64,000 bases of DNA from Cyanobacteria bacterium P01_A01_bin.123 (GTDB lineage: Bacteria > Cyanobacteriota > Cyanobacteriia > Phormidesmidales > Phormidesmidaceae). The position numbers were made by a program, and so were the translations under genes. The notes beneath the pieces were generated by a model. That model had not been told where the DNA came from. It worked only from the letters and a program-made list of their open reading frames with translations, and made no database searches. The stretch covers positions 1 through 64,000 of the forward strand of contig JBCBZT010000018.1 in the NCBI GenBank assembly GCA_039815185.1. The letters run 5' to 3'. Below are positions 31,351 to 41,161 of the stretch, one piece after another. The stretch's first letter is position 1, and every line of letters starts with the position of its first letter.

Positions 31351-33654
31351 CTAGAAAGTCTCCCTTAATGCTGTTGCCACCCGATCAAACACCCCAGCCC
31401 AATCACCGGGCTGGGCTTGCCAAAACAGCCGCATTGTCGGATACCAAGGGGAATCGTCGCGATCGCTTAACCACCGCCAATCTGCACTATAGGACAATAC
31501 CGTCCAGCAGGGTTTGCCTAGGGCACCGACCAGATGGGTGACAGAAGTATCCACGCTGATCACCAGATCCAACTGGGCGACGATAGCGGCTGTATCCCCA
31601 TAGTCTTGAATCACCGGATCCAAGTTGCGAACCGGGAGATCGAGAGGGAGTTGGGCCAGTTCTTGAACGCGATCGCCCTTTTGCAGACTGTAAAACTCAA
31701 GATCTGGCACTTGCAGCACCGATAGCCAATCTTGCAGTTGGGTTGAGCGATTACGGTCATTGCCATGGGTGGGACTACCACCCCAAACAATGCCGATCCG
31801 AGGGTGACCTGAGGCAGGAGGCAGGGGGCAGCGGCTGGCATCAGCCTGTAGATAGGGAACAGTGTTGGGGATGGTCTCCAGTGTGGTTTGGGCCAGATAG
31901 GGCAGACTCATCAACGACAGATAAGCATCAAAGGATTGTAGTGAAATATCCCCCGGTGTTCGGAGTTCATCGATACCTGACATGTTTTCAAAGAGCGGCA
32001 AAAGCTGTGGAGTGCAAATCAAAATCAATTTGCCGCACCGCGCTGCTACCCAAGGAAGATAGCGAATAAACTGAATCACATCCCCAGCTCCTTGTTCGGT
32101 ATGCAATAGCAGGGTCTGATCAGGCATCGGTCGCCCATCCCACTGGGGTTGGGGGCAGTTGAACGGGGTAAACTCTGGCGTTTGCCAGCGCCATTCGCAT
32201 TCAGCCCAGCCCCGATGAAAATCACCGCTTCTTAGACAGGCCATCCCCAAGTTGTAATGGGCCTTGGCATCGTTGGGGTGAATGTGCACCGCCTGTTCAC
32301 AATGGAATAGGGCTTGGGTGAACTGATTTTGTTCACCATAGAGATAGGCTAAGGTTTTGTGGGCATCCCCATGTCGGGCTTCTGCCTGCAGCACTTGCGT
32401 CAGCTGGGCGATGGCTGCTGTATATTGCCCCAAATCACCCAGGGCCACCCCGAGATTGTAGCGCGCGGGCAAAAAGTCTGGTCGCAATGCTAAACAGGCG
32501 CGGTAAGCCTCAATGGCCGCTGCCAGTTGTCCCTGATGAGCATGGGCATTACCCTGTTCAAAATGCACTGGGGCAGCGGTTTGCTGGGGGCTGGGGTGAA
32601 CCACCTCCGCGAGGGCGTCATCGGGCAAAACATAGGAACTGCCCAGCAAGGTTTCATCATTATCAATCAGCTCCGGAAACCGGACACCATCCAACACCGC
32701 CACGGAGAAAATTTCTTGCACCGCGTCTTGGAACTGCAAAAAGGCCACAGTTTCGCCAGCAACAATGTTGACTACCCATACCCCACAGATGCGCGCTTGC
32801 TGAGTTTGGGTTAAGGGAAGACCGCTAAAGGCAGCAGTCTCGCGTACCTGGGACAAGCCAACAAAGGCAAAATCGCCCCAAAAATCCAGTCCTCGGGTAA
32901 AGCCAGGCAGTTCAACCACGGGGATCAGTTGCCCGGTGGCCAAATCCACTTGGGCCAAACTGCCTCGGCCAGATTCTAGAACCCAGAGGCGATCGCGATA
33001 CCAACGGGGAGAATGGGGCATCGACAGGCCCCGAGCCAACACCCTATTAGTGGTGACATCCATGAGGATGCCCCCATGAGCCTTATGGGCTCGCCAACCT
33101 CCGGCGCTATCGGTTTCCCCTAGGGCCGTGACATAGCGGGGTTGTCCATCTCGCACCCCCAGGCCGTTTAAATGGCAGCGATCGCTTAAATCATAAGCAC
33201 TCACGAAAGGGGGCCGCCAGCGGGGCACAAAGCTGTAGCGCGAATCTAAGGTGCACAGACAAGAAAAGCGGGTATTCACAAACCACAAATCTTGGCCAAT
33301 CCAGGCCATTTCGTGAATGTCAATATCACCTGTGAAGTAGGTCTGGCGGGGCAAATAGCAACCATCATAGCGGCCCACGGGTTCTATTTTTGCCGCCACC
33401 GCAGGCACATTGCGAAAGTCCCAAACCTGGTGAGCAGTTCCCACCGCTAGTTTTTCGCGATCCGCCGCCAACCCCATGGGCCTATTGAAAATCCGAAAGT
33501 GGGTATTGACTGCATTGCCATCGGCCCGCATGATGATGAGCTTCCCAGCCTGATAGGTTGACACGACCAGCGACAACCCCAGTTGTGCCAGGACAGCAGT
33601 GAAGCTGTCGGTATGAACACTACGCATGGGATTTGATGGAGCAGTGGAGGACAT
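31351..33654 (-). CDS. TIGR03032 (DUF4915) - TPR - glycosyltransferase family 9-like fusion
   Basis: STYQAGKL, GDIDIHE, DRCHLNG, MPHSPRW, LPGFTRGL; TPR repeats; EQGAGDVIQFIRY, LDLVISVDTSVTHLVGALGKP, SPWYPTMRLF. Confidence 0.88.
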   Translation of the reverse strand: MSSTAPSNPMRSVHTDSFTAVLAQLGLSLVVSTYQAGKLIIMRADGNAVNTHFRIFNRPMGLAADREKLAVGTAHQVWDFRNVPAVAAKIEPVGRYDGCYLPRQTYFTGDIDIHEMAWIGQDLWFVNTRFSCLCTLDSRYSFVPRWRPPFVSAYDLSDRCHLNGLGVRDGQPRYVTALGETDSAGGWRAHKAHGGILMDVTTNRVLARGLSMPHSPRWYRDRLWVLESGRGSLAQVDLATGQLIPVVELPGFTRGLDFWGDFAFVGLSQVRETAAFSGLPLTQTQQARICGVWVVNIVAGETVAFLQFQDAVQEIFSVAVLDGVRFPELIDNDETLLGSSYVLPDDALAEVVHPSPQQTAAPVHFEQGNAHAHQGQLAAAIEAYRACLALRPDFLPARYNLGVALGDLGQYTAAIAQLTQVLQAEARHGDAHKTLAYLYGEQNQFTQALFHCEQAVHIHPNDAKAHYNLGMACLRSGDFHRGWAECEWRWQTPEFTPFNCPQPQWDGRPMPDQTLLLHTEQGAGDVIQFIRYLPWVAARCGKLILICTPQLLPLFENMSGIDELRTPGDISLQSFDAYLSLMSLPYLAQTTLETIPNTVPYLQADASRCPLPPASGHPRIGIVWGGSPTHGNDRNRSTQLQDWLSVLQVPDLEFYSLQKGDRVQELAQLPLDLPVRNLDPVIQDYGDTAAIVAQLDLVISVDTSVTHLVGALGKPCWTVLSYSADWRWLSDRDDSPWYPTMRLFWQAQPGDWAGVFDRVATALRETF

Positions 33655-33739
33655 GGCGGGTCACAAATAGGGCCAATGCAATTATTGCCCAGGGTTCTCA
33701 ATTTGATAGTTTGAACCCAGTGTTATAGAAGCGCTCATT

Positions 33740-34309
33740 ATGCCAGACCTACGCTTGAATCTAGGCTCAGGACAACAGCCTATTGAAGGCTATGTCAATG
33801 TGGATAAATTTGGCGAGCCGGATCTGTGTTTTGACCTGGAGACGTTTCCCTGGCCCTGGGCAGACAACAGTGTGTCAGAAATTAAGCTCCTCCATGTGCT
33901 CGAACATTTGGGACAGCAAACCAATATCTATTTCCAAATCGTCCAGGAAATGTATCGCATCTGTCTCCCAAACGCCACGATCCATATCGTTGTGCCCCAC
34001 CATCGCCACGATAATTTTGTCCATGACCCTACCCATGTGAGGGCAATCACCGCTGCTGGGTTACAGATGTTTTCACGGCGGATAAATCGAGACTGGCAGG
34101 TTCAAGGCTGCGCCAATACGCCCTTAGGCCTATATCTGGATGTGGATTTTGAACTCGTACAAACTAACCTGAGCGCCAGCCCATTGTGGTTTGAGCGATA
34201 TCGCGATCGCGCCAATGATGTCCAGCTTTTACTGCAAGAAAGCGCTCTCTACAACAACCTGATTGAAGAAATAGAAATGCAGCTCCAGGTAATCAAACCC
34301 CTCAGATAA
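33740..34309 (+). CDS. Class I SAM-dependent methyltransferase-like protein
   Basis: LNLGSG, NVD, HVLEHL, DPTHVR motifs typical of glycan-locus methyltransferases. Confidence 0.78.
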   Translation: MPDLRLNLGSGQQPIEGYVNVDKFGEPDLCFDLETFPWPWADNSVSEIKLLHVLEHLGQQTNIYFQIVQEMYRICLPNATIHIVVPHHRHDNFVHDPTHVRAITAAGLQMFSRRINRDWQVQGCANTPLGLYLDVDFELVQTNLSASPLWFERYRDRANDVQLLLQESALYNNLIEEIEMQLQVIKPLR

Positions 34310-34381
34310 AGCTACCCATAGTGTAAGCGTCTTGCCTCGGATGTAAGACAAGATACCCACTCAGCAAAAGCATTGGGTCTC

Positions 34382-35524
34382 CTAAACTTCCACTCCTGAT
34401 AATGCCCTCATTTGCAGACAGTCCTGCAACAACCGAATCACCCTCTCAGGAGGCAACTCAACCATGCACTGCTGCTGCTCCTGCAAACAGGTTTGATTCT
34501 TAAACCGCTGCTCCTGACACAACGTACACTTTGCGTCCGATAGCGCTAGTTTCACCCAAGGCTGTCGCGGTGCCCACAATCGCACTGGACTCACACCATC
34601 GCCATCACGATCGTTGCCAAAGATCGCCACAGTGGGGCAACTGACTGCTGCAGCAATGTGCAGCGGCCCCGTATCGACCGTGATAAACGCCTTTGTCTGC
34701 GCCAAGGCCCCCGCTAGCTCTGGCAATGTAGCCTGACCGCGCAGATCAATCAACGTGGTATTGAGCAGCAGTTGATCTTCCACATCGTCTGCATGGTAGA
34801 GCTGCTTTTGCACATCTGAGCGGCTGCCCACCAACCCCACTGTCACCCCCTGCTGTTGGCACCAAGCAATCACCCGTTGCCAGTATTCCGGTAGCCATAG
34901 CTTAGCCGCCCGACTCGCTGTCACATGTACTAACACATCAGGCACCGCAAACTTAGGCGGCTGGATGGGCAACTCCAGTTGAGTAAAGTCGGTCTCTACA
35001 TAGGCCAAGCGACACAATAGCTCGGCAATATAGTTGCTTCGGGTTACATCCCTGTATTTTTGAACAAAGGTTGGCCCATTCCAGTTGGCATCTTGCAGCA
35101 TGCACTGCACGGGATGTTTACCAAAGTCCAAGGTTTCGTCGAAGGCAGATGAAGTAGACCCCCCTACGACATAGGTGGGTTGGATTACTGACATGGCCCG
35201 GTGAGTCAGGTCGCTATATTCATCGCAATTAATCGCTAAATCATAGGCTCCATAGCAGTGCTGTCGCCTTTGGATCGCCGCCTTTAAGGGAGGAAGCCCA
35301 TCAGGTGAATGGGAATGCAGTGAAAAGTGCCAGTCAATGGTGGCGAGATTTTCCTCAAACTCACGGGTAAGGTCGCTGCCAAAAAAATCCAGCGTGCAAT
35401 TAGGATATTTGGCTTTTAAGCCTCGCAGCAGTGGGGTAGTCACCACAAAATTGCCCAGCTTGTTTGAACCCAAAACGGCAATGTGGGGACGATTCCGTAA
35501 CGGTTGGTTTGAAAAAAGTTCCAT
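34382..35524 (-). CDS. Glycosyltransferase family 9 (heptosyltransferase-like)
   Basis: KLGNFVVTTPLLRGLK, AKLW, DLRGQATLPELA, ITVDTGPLHIAAA, C-terminal Cys cluster. Confidence 0.88.
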   Translation of the reverse strand: MELFSNQPLRNRPHIAVLGSNKLGNFVVTTPLLRGLKAKYPNCTLDFFGSDLTREFEENLATIDWHFSLHSHSPDGLPPLKAAIQRRQHCYGAYDLAINCDEYSDLTHRAMSVIQPTYVVGGSTSSAFDETLDFGKHPVQCMLQDANWNGPTFVQKYRDVTRSNYIAELLCRLAYVETDFTQLELPIQPPKFAVPDVLVHVTASRAAKLWLPEYWQRVIAWCQQQGVTVGLVGSRSDVQKQLYHADDVEDQLLLNTTLIDLRGQATLPELAGALAQTKAFITVDTGPLHIAAAVSCPTVAIFGNDRDGDGVSPVRLWAPRQPWVKLALSDAKCTLCQEQRFKNQTCLQEQQQCMVELPPERVIRLLQDCLQMRALSGVEV

Positions 35525-35635
35525 GGCCTCAGCCCTTACTAAACCACATCCGATTTGAAACCTGGCGTTTTAGTCTTGGCTAGGGGTGGTGATGGTGTTG
35601 AGGTTCGGTTGCACAAAATTCTGTAAAGTCTCCAT

Positions 35636-38600
35636 CTACGGGATAACCGTAGGGCAACTCCCTTCATTATTCGGCTCGCCCTCTGCATCGCTGCCAGTGG
35701 CGCACAGAGCATCATCGCTGCCATCGGAGTCATTAGCTTGATCTTGAGTGGCAGGGGGTGGAGTCGCATCGTGGATATCTCCATCAGTACCTGTTGATCT
35801 GAGGGTACCGTCATCATTCAATCGCTCCAGAATGCCGAGATCCTCCGCAAACGCTTGGTCAATGGTAAGGACGGGATCATTGGGGCCTTCGGCTATCCTA
35901 AGGGCATCAGGGCGGTTGAATAGGATATCGGGATCGAGGATATTGACATCAACTATTCCCTCAAACGCTCCAATATCTCGGATGCCAATGGCTGCAACTC
36001 CCCGCTGGTCAGCGGCAGTGGCTCCAGTGCCGCTGGCATTGATAGCTGGGCTACCGATCAACAGACCATGGGTTTGGGTGGGGCCATTGTTATCCGCGAG
36101 CGGGGCCAGCAGGGGATCTTGACCAACAATATTGCCATCCACCCGATCAATGGGTGCCCCAGCAGTGATGCCTGTAGTGTCTTGAATCAGGCTATTCGTT
36201 ATCGTGCTACTGCTGAGGTTAGCGCTGATATCGGGTGCGCTACCACTTACATCAACGTTGTTGGCGATGATGCTGTTGCTAATGGTGTTGTTCCTTGTCG
36301 TGTTCACAAAGATGCCACCACCGAGGCTATTAGAGGTGTTGAAGGCAATCGTGGCGTTGTTCAGGATGAGGTTGCCACCACCATTGTTGCGGGTAAAAAT
36401 CCCACCCCCTCGATTACTCGTTGAATTCCCCGACACCGTAGAATTGATCACGGTGACATCTCCGCCACCACGGGCATACATGCCACCCCCTCTATTGGAT
36501 GAATTACCCGATATCGTCGAATTGGTGATGGTGGCATGATTACGGTGATAAGACCCACCGCCTTTATTAGCTGCCGAATTACCCGATATCGTAGAGTTCG
36601 TTATGGTGAGCGAACCTGTGGCATAAAGGCCACCCCCCAAATCGCCCGCTGAATTGCCCGACACGGTTGAATTCGTCACGGTGACATCACGGGAGTAAAC
36701 TCCGGCAGCAGAAAGCCTTGCCGAATTTCCCGATACCGTGGAATCAGTTAGGGTGATCGAACGATTACGGCTCCAAATGCCTCCAGTATGGCGGTTTGAC
36801 GAATTCCCCGACACTGTAGAATTCGTTACGGTGATTGCACCACTACGGCTATAAAGGCCCCCGCCGTTGCGACGCGATGAGTTGCCTGACACCGTAGAAT
36901 TTGTCACGGTGATCACACTACGGGTATAAATGCCGCCACCATATCGATTTGATGAATTACCCGACACCGTGGAATTCGTCATAGTAATCAAACCATTGCG
37001 GCCATAAATCCCGCCACCGTTATCGGTTGCCGAGTTACCCGAAACCGTGGAATTGCTAAGCGTCACAGCATCACGGGTATAAATCCCGCCACCTCTATCG
37101 CCTGCCGAATTACCCGAAACCGTGGAATTGCTAAGCGTCACAGCCCCATTGCTAGAGAAACCACCGCCGTTACCTGTCGTACTGCCATTTTGAACCGTCA
37201 GATTCTCCAGGGTGAGGGCGTCCGTGCTGGAATTATTCAACACTTGGTGAGTGCCGCTCCCATCTAAGACAGTACTTGTCTCGCCTGCTCCGCTGATGGT
37301 TACCGCTCGGCTGATGGCAATCGTCTGCCCCTCAGTAAATGTTCCTGGCGCCACGTTCACCGTGCCGCTAGCAGCAGCCACGTCCACACCATTCTGCACA
37401 CTACCACTGCCCCCAACATTCACCGTATTCACCCCGGTACCTGCCAGGGTGCTCCCTGCCCTAAGGGTAATGCGCTGATTCAAATTAGCCGTCGGTGCCT
37501 GGAGCGTCAAATTGCCTGCATTAGCATTGCCGCTAGCATCAATTGCCGCATCCACCGTAATCGAGTTTGTTGCCTGGAGGGTGACATTGGTACCATCAAG
37601 TGATGTGACCACATTGCTAGCGGCAATCGTACTGTCGCCAGCAGGCAGATTAGTTCCTGTGGCTGCACTCGCAGTCCCCGTTGCCCCTACTGTCAAATCC
37701 GCCGGATCTAGCAACCAAGTACCCCAAACCCCATTCATCGCTCGGGTCGCCACCTCAGCCGTATTGGCCACCGTCAGCCGCTGTGCCCCGGAGGTCTCCA
37801 CAAAACCACCATCCCCTGCAACGGCCCCCCCCTGAGCAGAAATCTGGCCTGCAAACAAAGTGTCCTGATCCGCCCAGACAATCACCTGACCACCATCTCC
37901 TGTTTGGATAGCATCCGCTGAAATGGTCGTGGCGGCATCCACTTGGGTGAACTGAGCCGTAGGCAAGTCTCCCTGCCCCAAGTAGTCACCGCCAATCCCC
38001 ACATTGCCACCACCCTCAGTACCACTGGCGTTAATCGTGGCTCCATTCAAGGCAATGGTTTCTCCTAATACCTGCACTTGCCCACCCTGGTTACCCGAGA
38101 CATCTACTGTGCCTGTGCCGGTGACTGCTCTAGGTGTTGTGTTCACTGCATCCCCACTGGAAAGTACAACAGTGCCATCGTCTAAAGTGCTCACCGTAGT
38201 GGCATTACCGCCCCATTCGCCAGCGAGTAAACTGGGCAAATCTAACGGCGTAATTCCTGAATCCACCAAATCTTGGAGCTGGTTGCTAGGAACTGCCAAA
38301 CTCATTACCAAGCCATCCTGGGAAATGCTCAGAATGCCTTCTTCTGGTACGGCCACAATGGAGACACTGCCTCCCGAAGCTTCCAGGCTACCCGTATTAA
38401 TCACGGTGCTCCCAGCGAGGGTCAAGCTTTCTCCGGGGTTAACCGCTAGGTCTGCTTCATTTAGCAATACCCCTTCATTGCCCAAAAAGACATAGCCCGT
38501 GGGATTGCCTGTTAGGGCACTGTAGTCATTGCTGCCCGTGGCGTTGAAGACACTGTCGCTAAAGGCTAGGCCACTGGCAGTGCTAATTGAAAACGACCCA

Positions 38601-39013
38601 GCTAGGTTCAAATGGGCATTGCGGCCCAACAATACCCCGGCAGGGTTGAGGATGAAGAGATTGGCGTTGTTGCCACCGCTGACTTGCAAGAGGCCGTTGA
38701 TGACTGAGGTTTGTCCCCCACTCACCCGAGCCAGAATATTGCTGACATCGGGATTAGCAAGGAAGTTGGCGATCTCGTTGGTACTCAAGCCAAACTGTTG
38801 AAAGCTATGGAATAGATTGGCATCGACTTGGGTGCCGCCGTTGATGGTGTAGGTTTGGCTGGCGGCATCGAAGGTAACTGCAGTGCCGGTGCCGTCGGGG
38901 GCGGCGGTTACTGAGGGGTTGGCTAATGCTGGCAGTGTCAGTAGGGCAGGGCCAGTGGACAACAGCAGAACTAATCCTGCGCGTAACCCTGCAATCAATG
39001 CCATATTTCCCAT
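35636..39013 (-). CDS. Filamentous haemagglutinin (TPS) domain adhesin with Pmp-like GGxx repeats and choice-of-anchor-Q-like tail
   Basis: Signal peptide, NLFHSFQQF, LNPAGVLLG (TPS domain), GGFVETSG, WLLDP, about 10 NSTVSGNS..GGG repeats, DPLLAPLADNNGPTQTH..GSPAIN..DQRG..DIGAFE. Confidence 0.85.
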   Translation of the reverse strand: MGNMALIAGLRAGLVLLLSTGPALLTLPALANPSVTAAPDGTGTAVTFDAASQTYTINGGTQVDANLFHSFQQFGLSTNEIANFLANPDVSNILARVSGGQTSVINGLLQVSGGNNANLFILNPAGVLLGRNAHLNLAGSFSISTASGLAFSDSVFNATGSNDYSALTGNPTGYVFLGNEGVLLNEADLAVNPGESLTLAGSTVINTGSLEASGGSVSIVAVPEEGILSISQDGLVMSLAVPSNQLQDLVDSGITPLDLPSLLAGEWGGNATTVSTLDDGTVVLSSGDAVNTTPRAVTGTGTVDVSGNQGGQVQVLGETIALNGATINASGTEGGGNVGIGGDYLGQGDLPTAQFTQVDAATTISADAIQTGDGGQVIVWADQDTLFAGQISAQGGAVAGDGGFVETSGAQRLTVANTAEVATRAMNGVWGTWLLDPADLTVGATGTASAATGTNLPAGDSTIAASNVVTSLDGTNVTLQATNSITVDAAIDASGNANAGNLTLQAPTANLNQRITLRAGSTLAGTGVNTVNVGGSGSVQNGVDVAAASGTVNVAPGTFTEGQTIAISRAVTISGAGETSTVLDGSGTHQVLNNSSTDALTLENLTVQNGSTTGNGGGFSSNGAVTLSNSTVSGNSAGDRGGGIYTRDAVTLSNSTVSGNSATDNGGGIYGRNGLITMTNSTVSGNSSNRYGGGIYTRSVITVTNSTVSGNSSRRNGGGLYSRSGAITVTNSTVSGNSSNRHTGGIWSRNRSITLTDSTVSGNSARLSAAGVYSRDVTVTNSTVSGNSAGDLGGGLYATGSLTITNSTISGNSAANKGGGSYHRNHATITNSTISGNSSNRGGGMYARGGGDVTVINSTVSGNSTSNRGGGIFTRNNGGGNLILNNATIAFNTSNSLGGGIFVNTTRNNTISNSIIANNVDVSGSAPDISANLSSSTITNSLIQDTTGITAGAPIDRVDGNIVGQDPLLAPLADNNGPTQTHGLLIGSPAINASGTGATAADQRGVAAIGIRDIGAFEGIVDVNILDPDILFNRPDALRIAEGPNDPVLTIDQAFAEDLGILERLNDDGTLRSTGTDGDIHDATPPPATQDQANDSDGSDDALCATGSDAEGEPNNEGSCPTVIP
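36400..37200 (-). repeat. Tandem ~75-81 bp coding repeats inside the adhesin
   Basis: Recurrent GAATT(A/C)CCCGA..GT.GAATT units; two near-identical copies of CCCGAAACCGTGGAATTGCTAAGCGTCACAGC at ~37038 and ~37113. Confidence 0.85.
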
Positions 39014-39246
39014 TGCGATAGAAACCCCAAATCTGCAAACAGATCAACACACTTTCCGGTGATATGGGTATTGCCTAGTTCGGTCAATACCCAGAATTCT
39101 GTGGAATTCTAGTGAACCTTAGTGTTGGTCAATTGCTAGGAGAAACTACTGCGAAATTTCACCTAACTTTGCGAAATTCTGCAAGATGATGGTTGCCCTA
39201 GTACAAGATAGTGGCGGTTTCCTCAATATAGTAGTGAGCGTCTCGC

Positions 39247-39546
39247 TCACGTCTTAGGCAAGATGAGCAGATTCTGAATGGGTCGCTTATTTCTGCGTCC
39301 GGTCTTGAGCGCACTATGACTCAAATTACGAGACAGGCCATAAACGACCGGGCAGAATTTGAAGCGTTTCGTCACATCGGCAGCTTTCAGCCGAACATTG
39401 CACTGGGCTATCTTCCCGGTCAGATCCATGCTTAAAATCTGCCTGAAAAAGCGCCTTGACTGTACGGCATTAGCCAACAGCGTAAAGCATATGCAAACGG
39501 TGACGACTGCTAAAAACAAGATGGGTAGAAGGTCAAAGCCTTCCAC
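39247..39546 (-). CDS. Possible small membrane-anchored hypothetical protein
   Basis: 99-aa ORF with hydrophobic N-terminus just downstream of the tRNA; no recognised family. Confidence 0.3.
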   Translation of the reverse strand: MEGFDLLPILFLAVVTVCICFTLLANAVQSRRFFRQILSMDLTGKIAQCNVRLKAADVTKRFKFCPVVYGLSRNLSHSALKTGRRNKRPIQNLLILPKT

Positions 39547-39574
39547 CCATTGATGCCTCGAAAGACAAAAAGCA

Positions 39575-39647
39575 TACCCCCAAGGGAATTCGAATCCCTG
39601 TCGCCTCCGTGAAAGGGAGGTGTCCTAGGCCTCTAGACGATGGGGGC
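39575..39647 (-). tRNA. trnE: tRNA-Glu (TTC)
   Basis: Reverse complement GCCCCCATCGTCTAGAGGCCTAGGACACCTCCCTTTCACGGAGGCGACAGGGATTCGAATTCCCTTGGGGGTA, 73 nt cloverleaf, CCA not encoded. Confidence 0.97.
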
Positions 39648-39666
39648 CTGTTGTTAAACGATCCCT

Positions 39667-39695
39667 AATATAGCCAATCGGGGTATCTGTGTCAA
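39667..39695 (-). promoter_or_regulatory. Sigma70-type promoter of tRNA-Glu
   Basis: Minus strand TTGACA (39695-39690), 17-nt spacer, TATATT (39672-39667). Confidence 0.8.
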
Positions 39696-39798
39696 TTTGC
39701 AAAGAGATCATCGCACATCATTTATTTGGAGCAGCAAACTCAGCCCAGAGAATGGATTGAGGCTACTGTGCAACTTTGGTCACTAACTGAGAAAATTC

Positions 39799-40062
39799 CT
39801 AACTAGCGTTCCGCAGCCGAATGAGTTGGCGGCGTAGATTTGGAGATGCATCTAGCTCAGCCACTTCATGAACCACAACGTCAGTGTCAAGTGACTCCAT
39901 ATATTCGTCGCTGCCGTAGGCAAACGCGTCAACCAGCATCTGCAGAAGCTGCTCAGGGTCTCTCATGGCCAGTTTTTCCTCAATGAGACGGAATTTAAGG
40001 CGGATTTCACACTCGTATACCCCGACAGAGTCGTCTATTGTCTGATTCGCAGGATTGTTCAT
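39799..40062 (-). CDS. Npun_R1517 family small protein
   Basis: VGVYECEIRLKFRLIEEK..ASPNLRRQLIRLRN matches the family as I recall it. Confidence 0.75.
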   Translation of the reverse strand: MNNPANQTIDDSVGVYECEIRLKFRLIEEKLAMRDPEQLLQMLVDAFAYGSDEYMESLDTDVVVHEVAELDASPNLRRQLIRLRNAS

Positions 40063-41161
40063 CACCTTATATGTTCCATCCACTAGCGCATAGATTCCTG
40101 AGTGAAGAAGAGCTGATCGGTTTCTTGAAGATTCCTAAGCCTTTATTCCTGAGCCCTTACTATAGGGCTGCAAAACATTTCTCCAACCTGAACAAAGGCT
40201 AACATTTGCTCAAGGATAGAGTATCCGTTAAATAGCGGAATTAACTAAAACAAAAAAAACACATCGCAGTCATCCAATATAAGAGATTCCTTTGTATTTT
40301 CAGGCAAGCCACGCATAATTTAAAGTTGTTATAAAACCTTCTCCATCATCTAAAACCCTGTTAATGAGAGGATTCTATGAGTCTATATTAGAATTCAATC
40401 AAGATAATGAGAGACACAAAAGCCAAGTATGAATATCAAATGAAAGCTTCTCTTTTAGGCTTCATCAAAGCTTTATAAATGAGTCTTTCTTACCTTAAAA
40501 ATCAGTGTTCTATAGAAATATACAGAGCTAAAACATTGCATCTGACACACGCAAGAGTTGGGTATGTTTTGGCGAAGACACAGTGGCTTTTCTCAAGCTT
40601 TATGTAGCGTTTATCTCTCATTTGACCGTATATTTTCTAGGGCGGTTCCTCTCAGCACACTTCGGTATAGAGCTGTCGATTGGCTATCTTTGGGCGCAAA
40701 TCTAACCTCAGGTGTTTATCTGGAGCTTGCTTAAAGGCGTTGAATATGTGACAAATTTTCCTGAATCTAGGGAAAATCCCGTGTAGCTCCGAAGATAGAG
40801 GGTGTTAAGCCAATGCTCACAGGGGTGACTCAAAACACATCACGGCTATTTATTTCAGCACTCATATGCCAATCGGCTTCTGCCCTGATATCGATAGGGC
40901 AGCTGAATGTAGACTCCTATCAGTCTTAAAGAATTGCTTTAGTGGATATGCGCTCCCCTTCCCTTAGGGCAGATTAGAGTATAGAGATAACAGTACATTG
41001 GCTCAATATCCGCCTTGAGAGTAAGTATGCTAAGACTGAGGCAGGTTTTAGTCGTATCCTGACCCTTGCCTACGTTGGTCTCTGAGACCACTGGGCTAAG
41101 TTCAGGGCACCGAATTTGAAGTTTATTGATTTCAAGACATTGACGTTGAAGGACAGAAGTC

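Noticed and set aside
36400..37200. CRISPR-like regularly spaced repeats
   Set aside because: In-frame degenerate coding repeats within the adhesin; no cas genes
31200..39647. Intact integrative element at tRNA-Glu
   Set aside because: No integrase and no duplicated tRNA 3' end found
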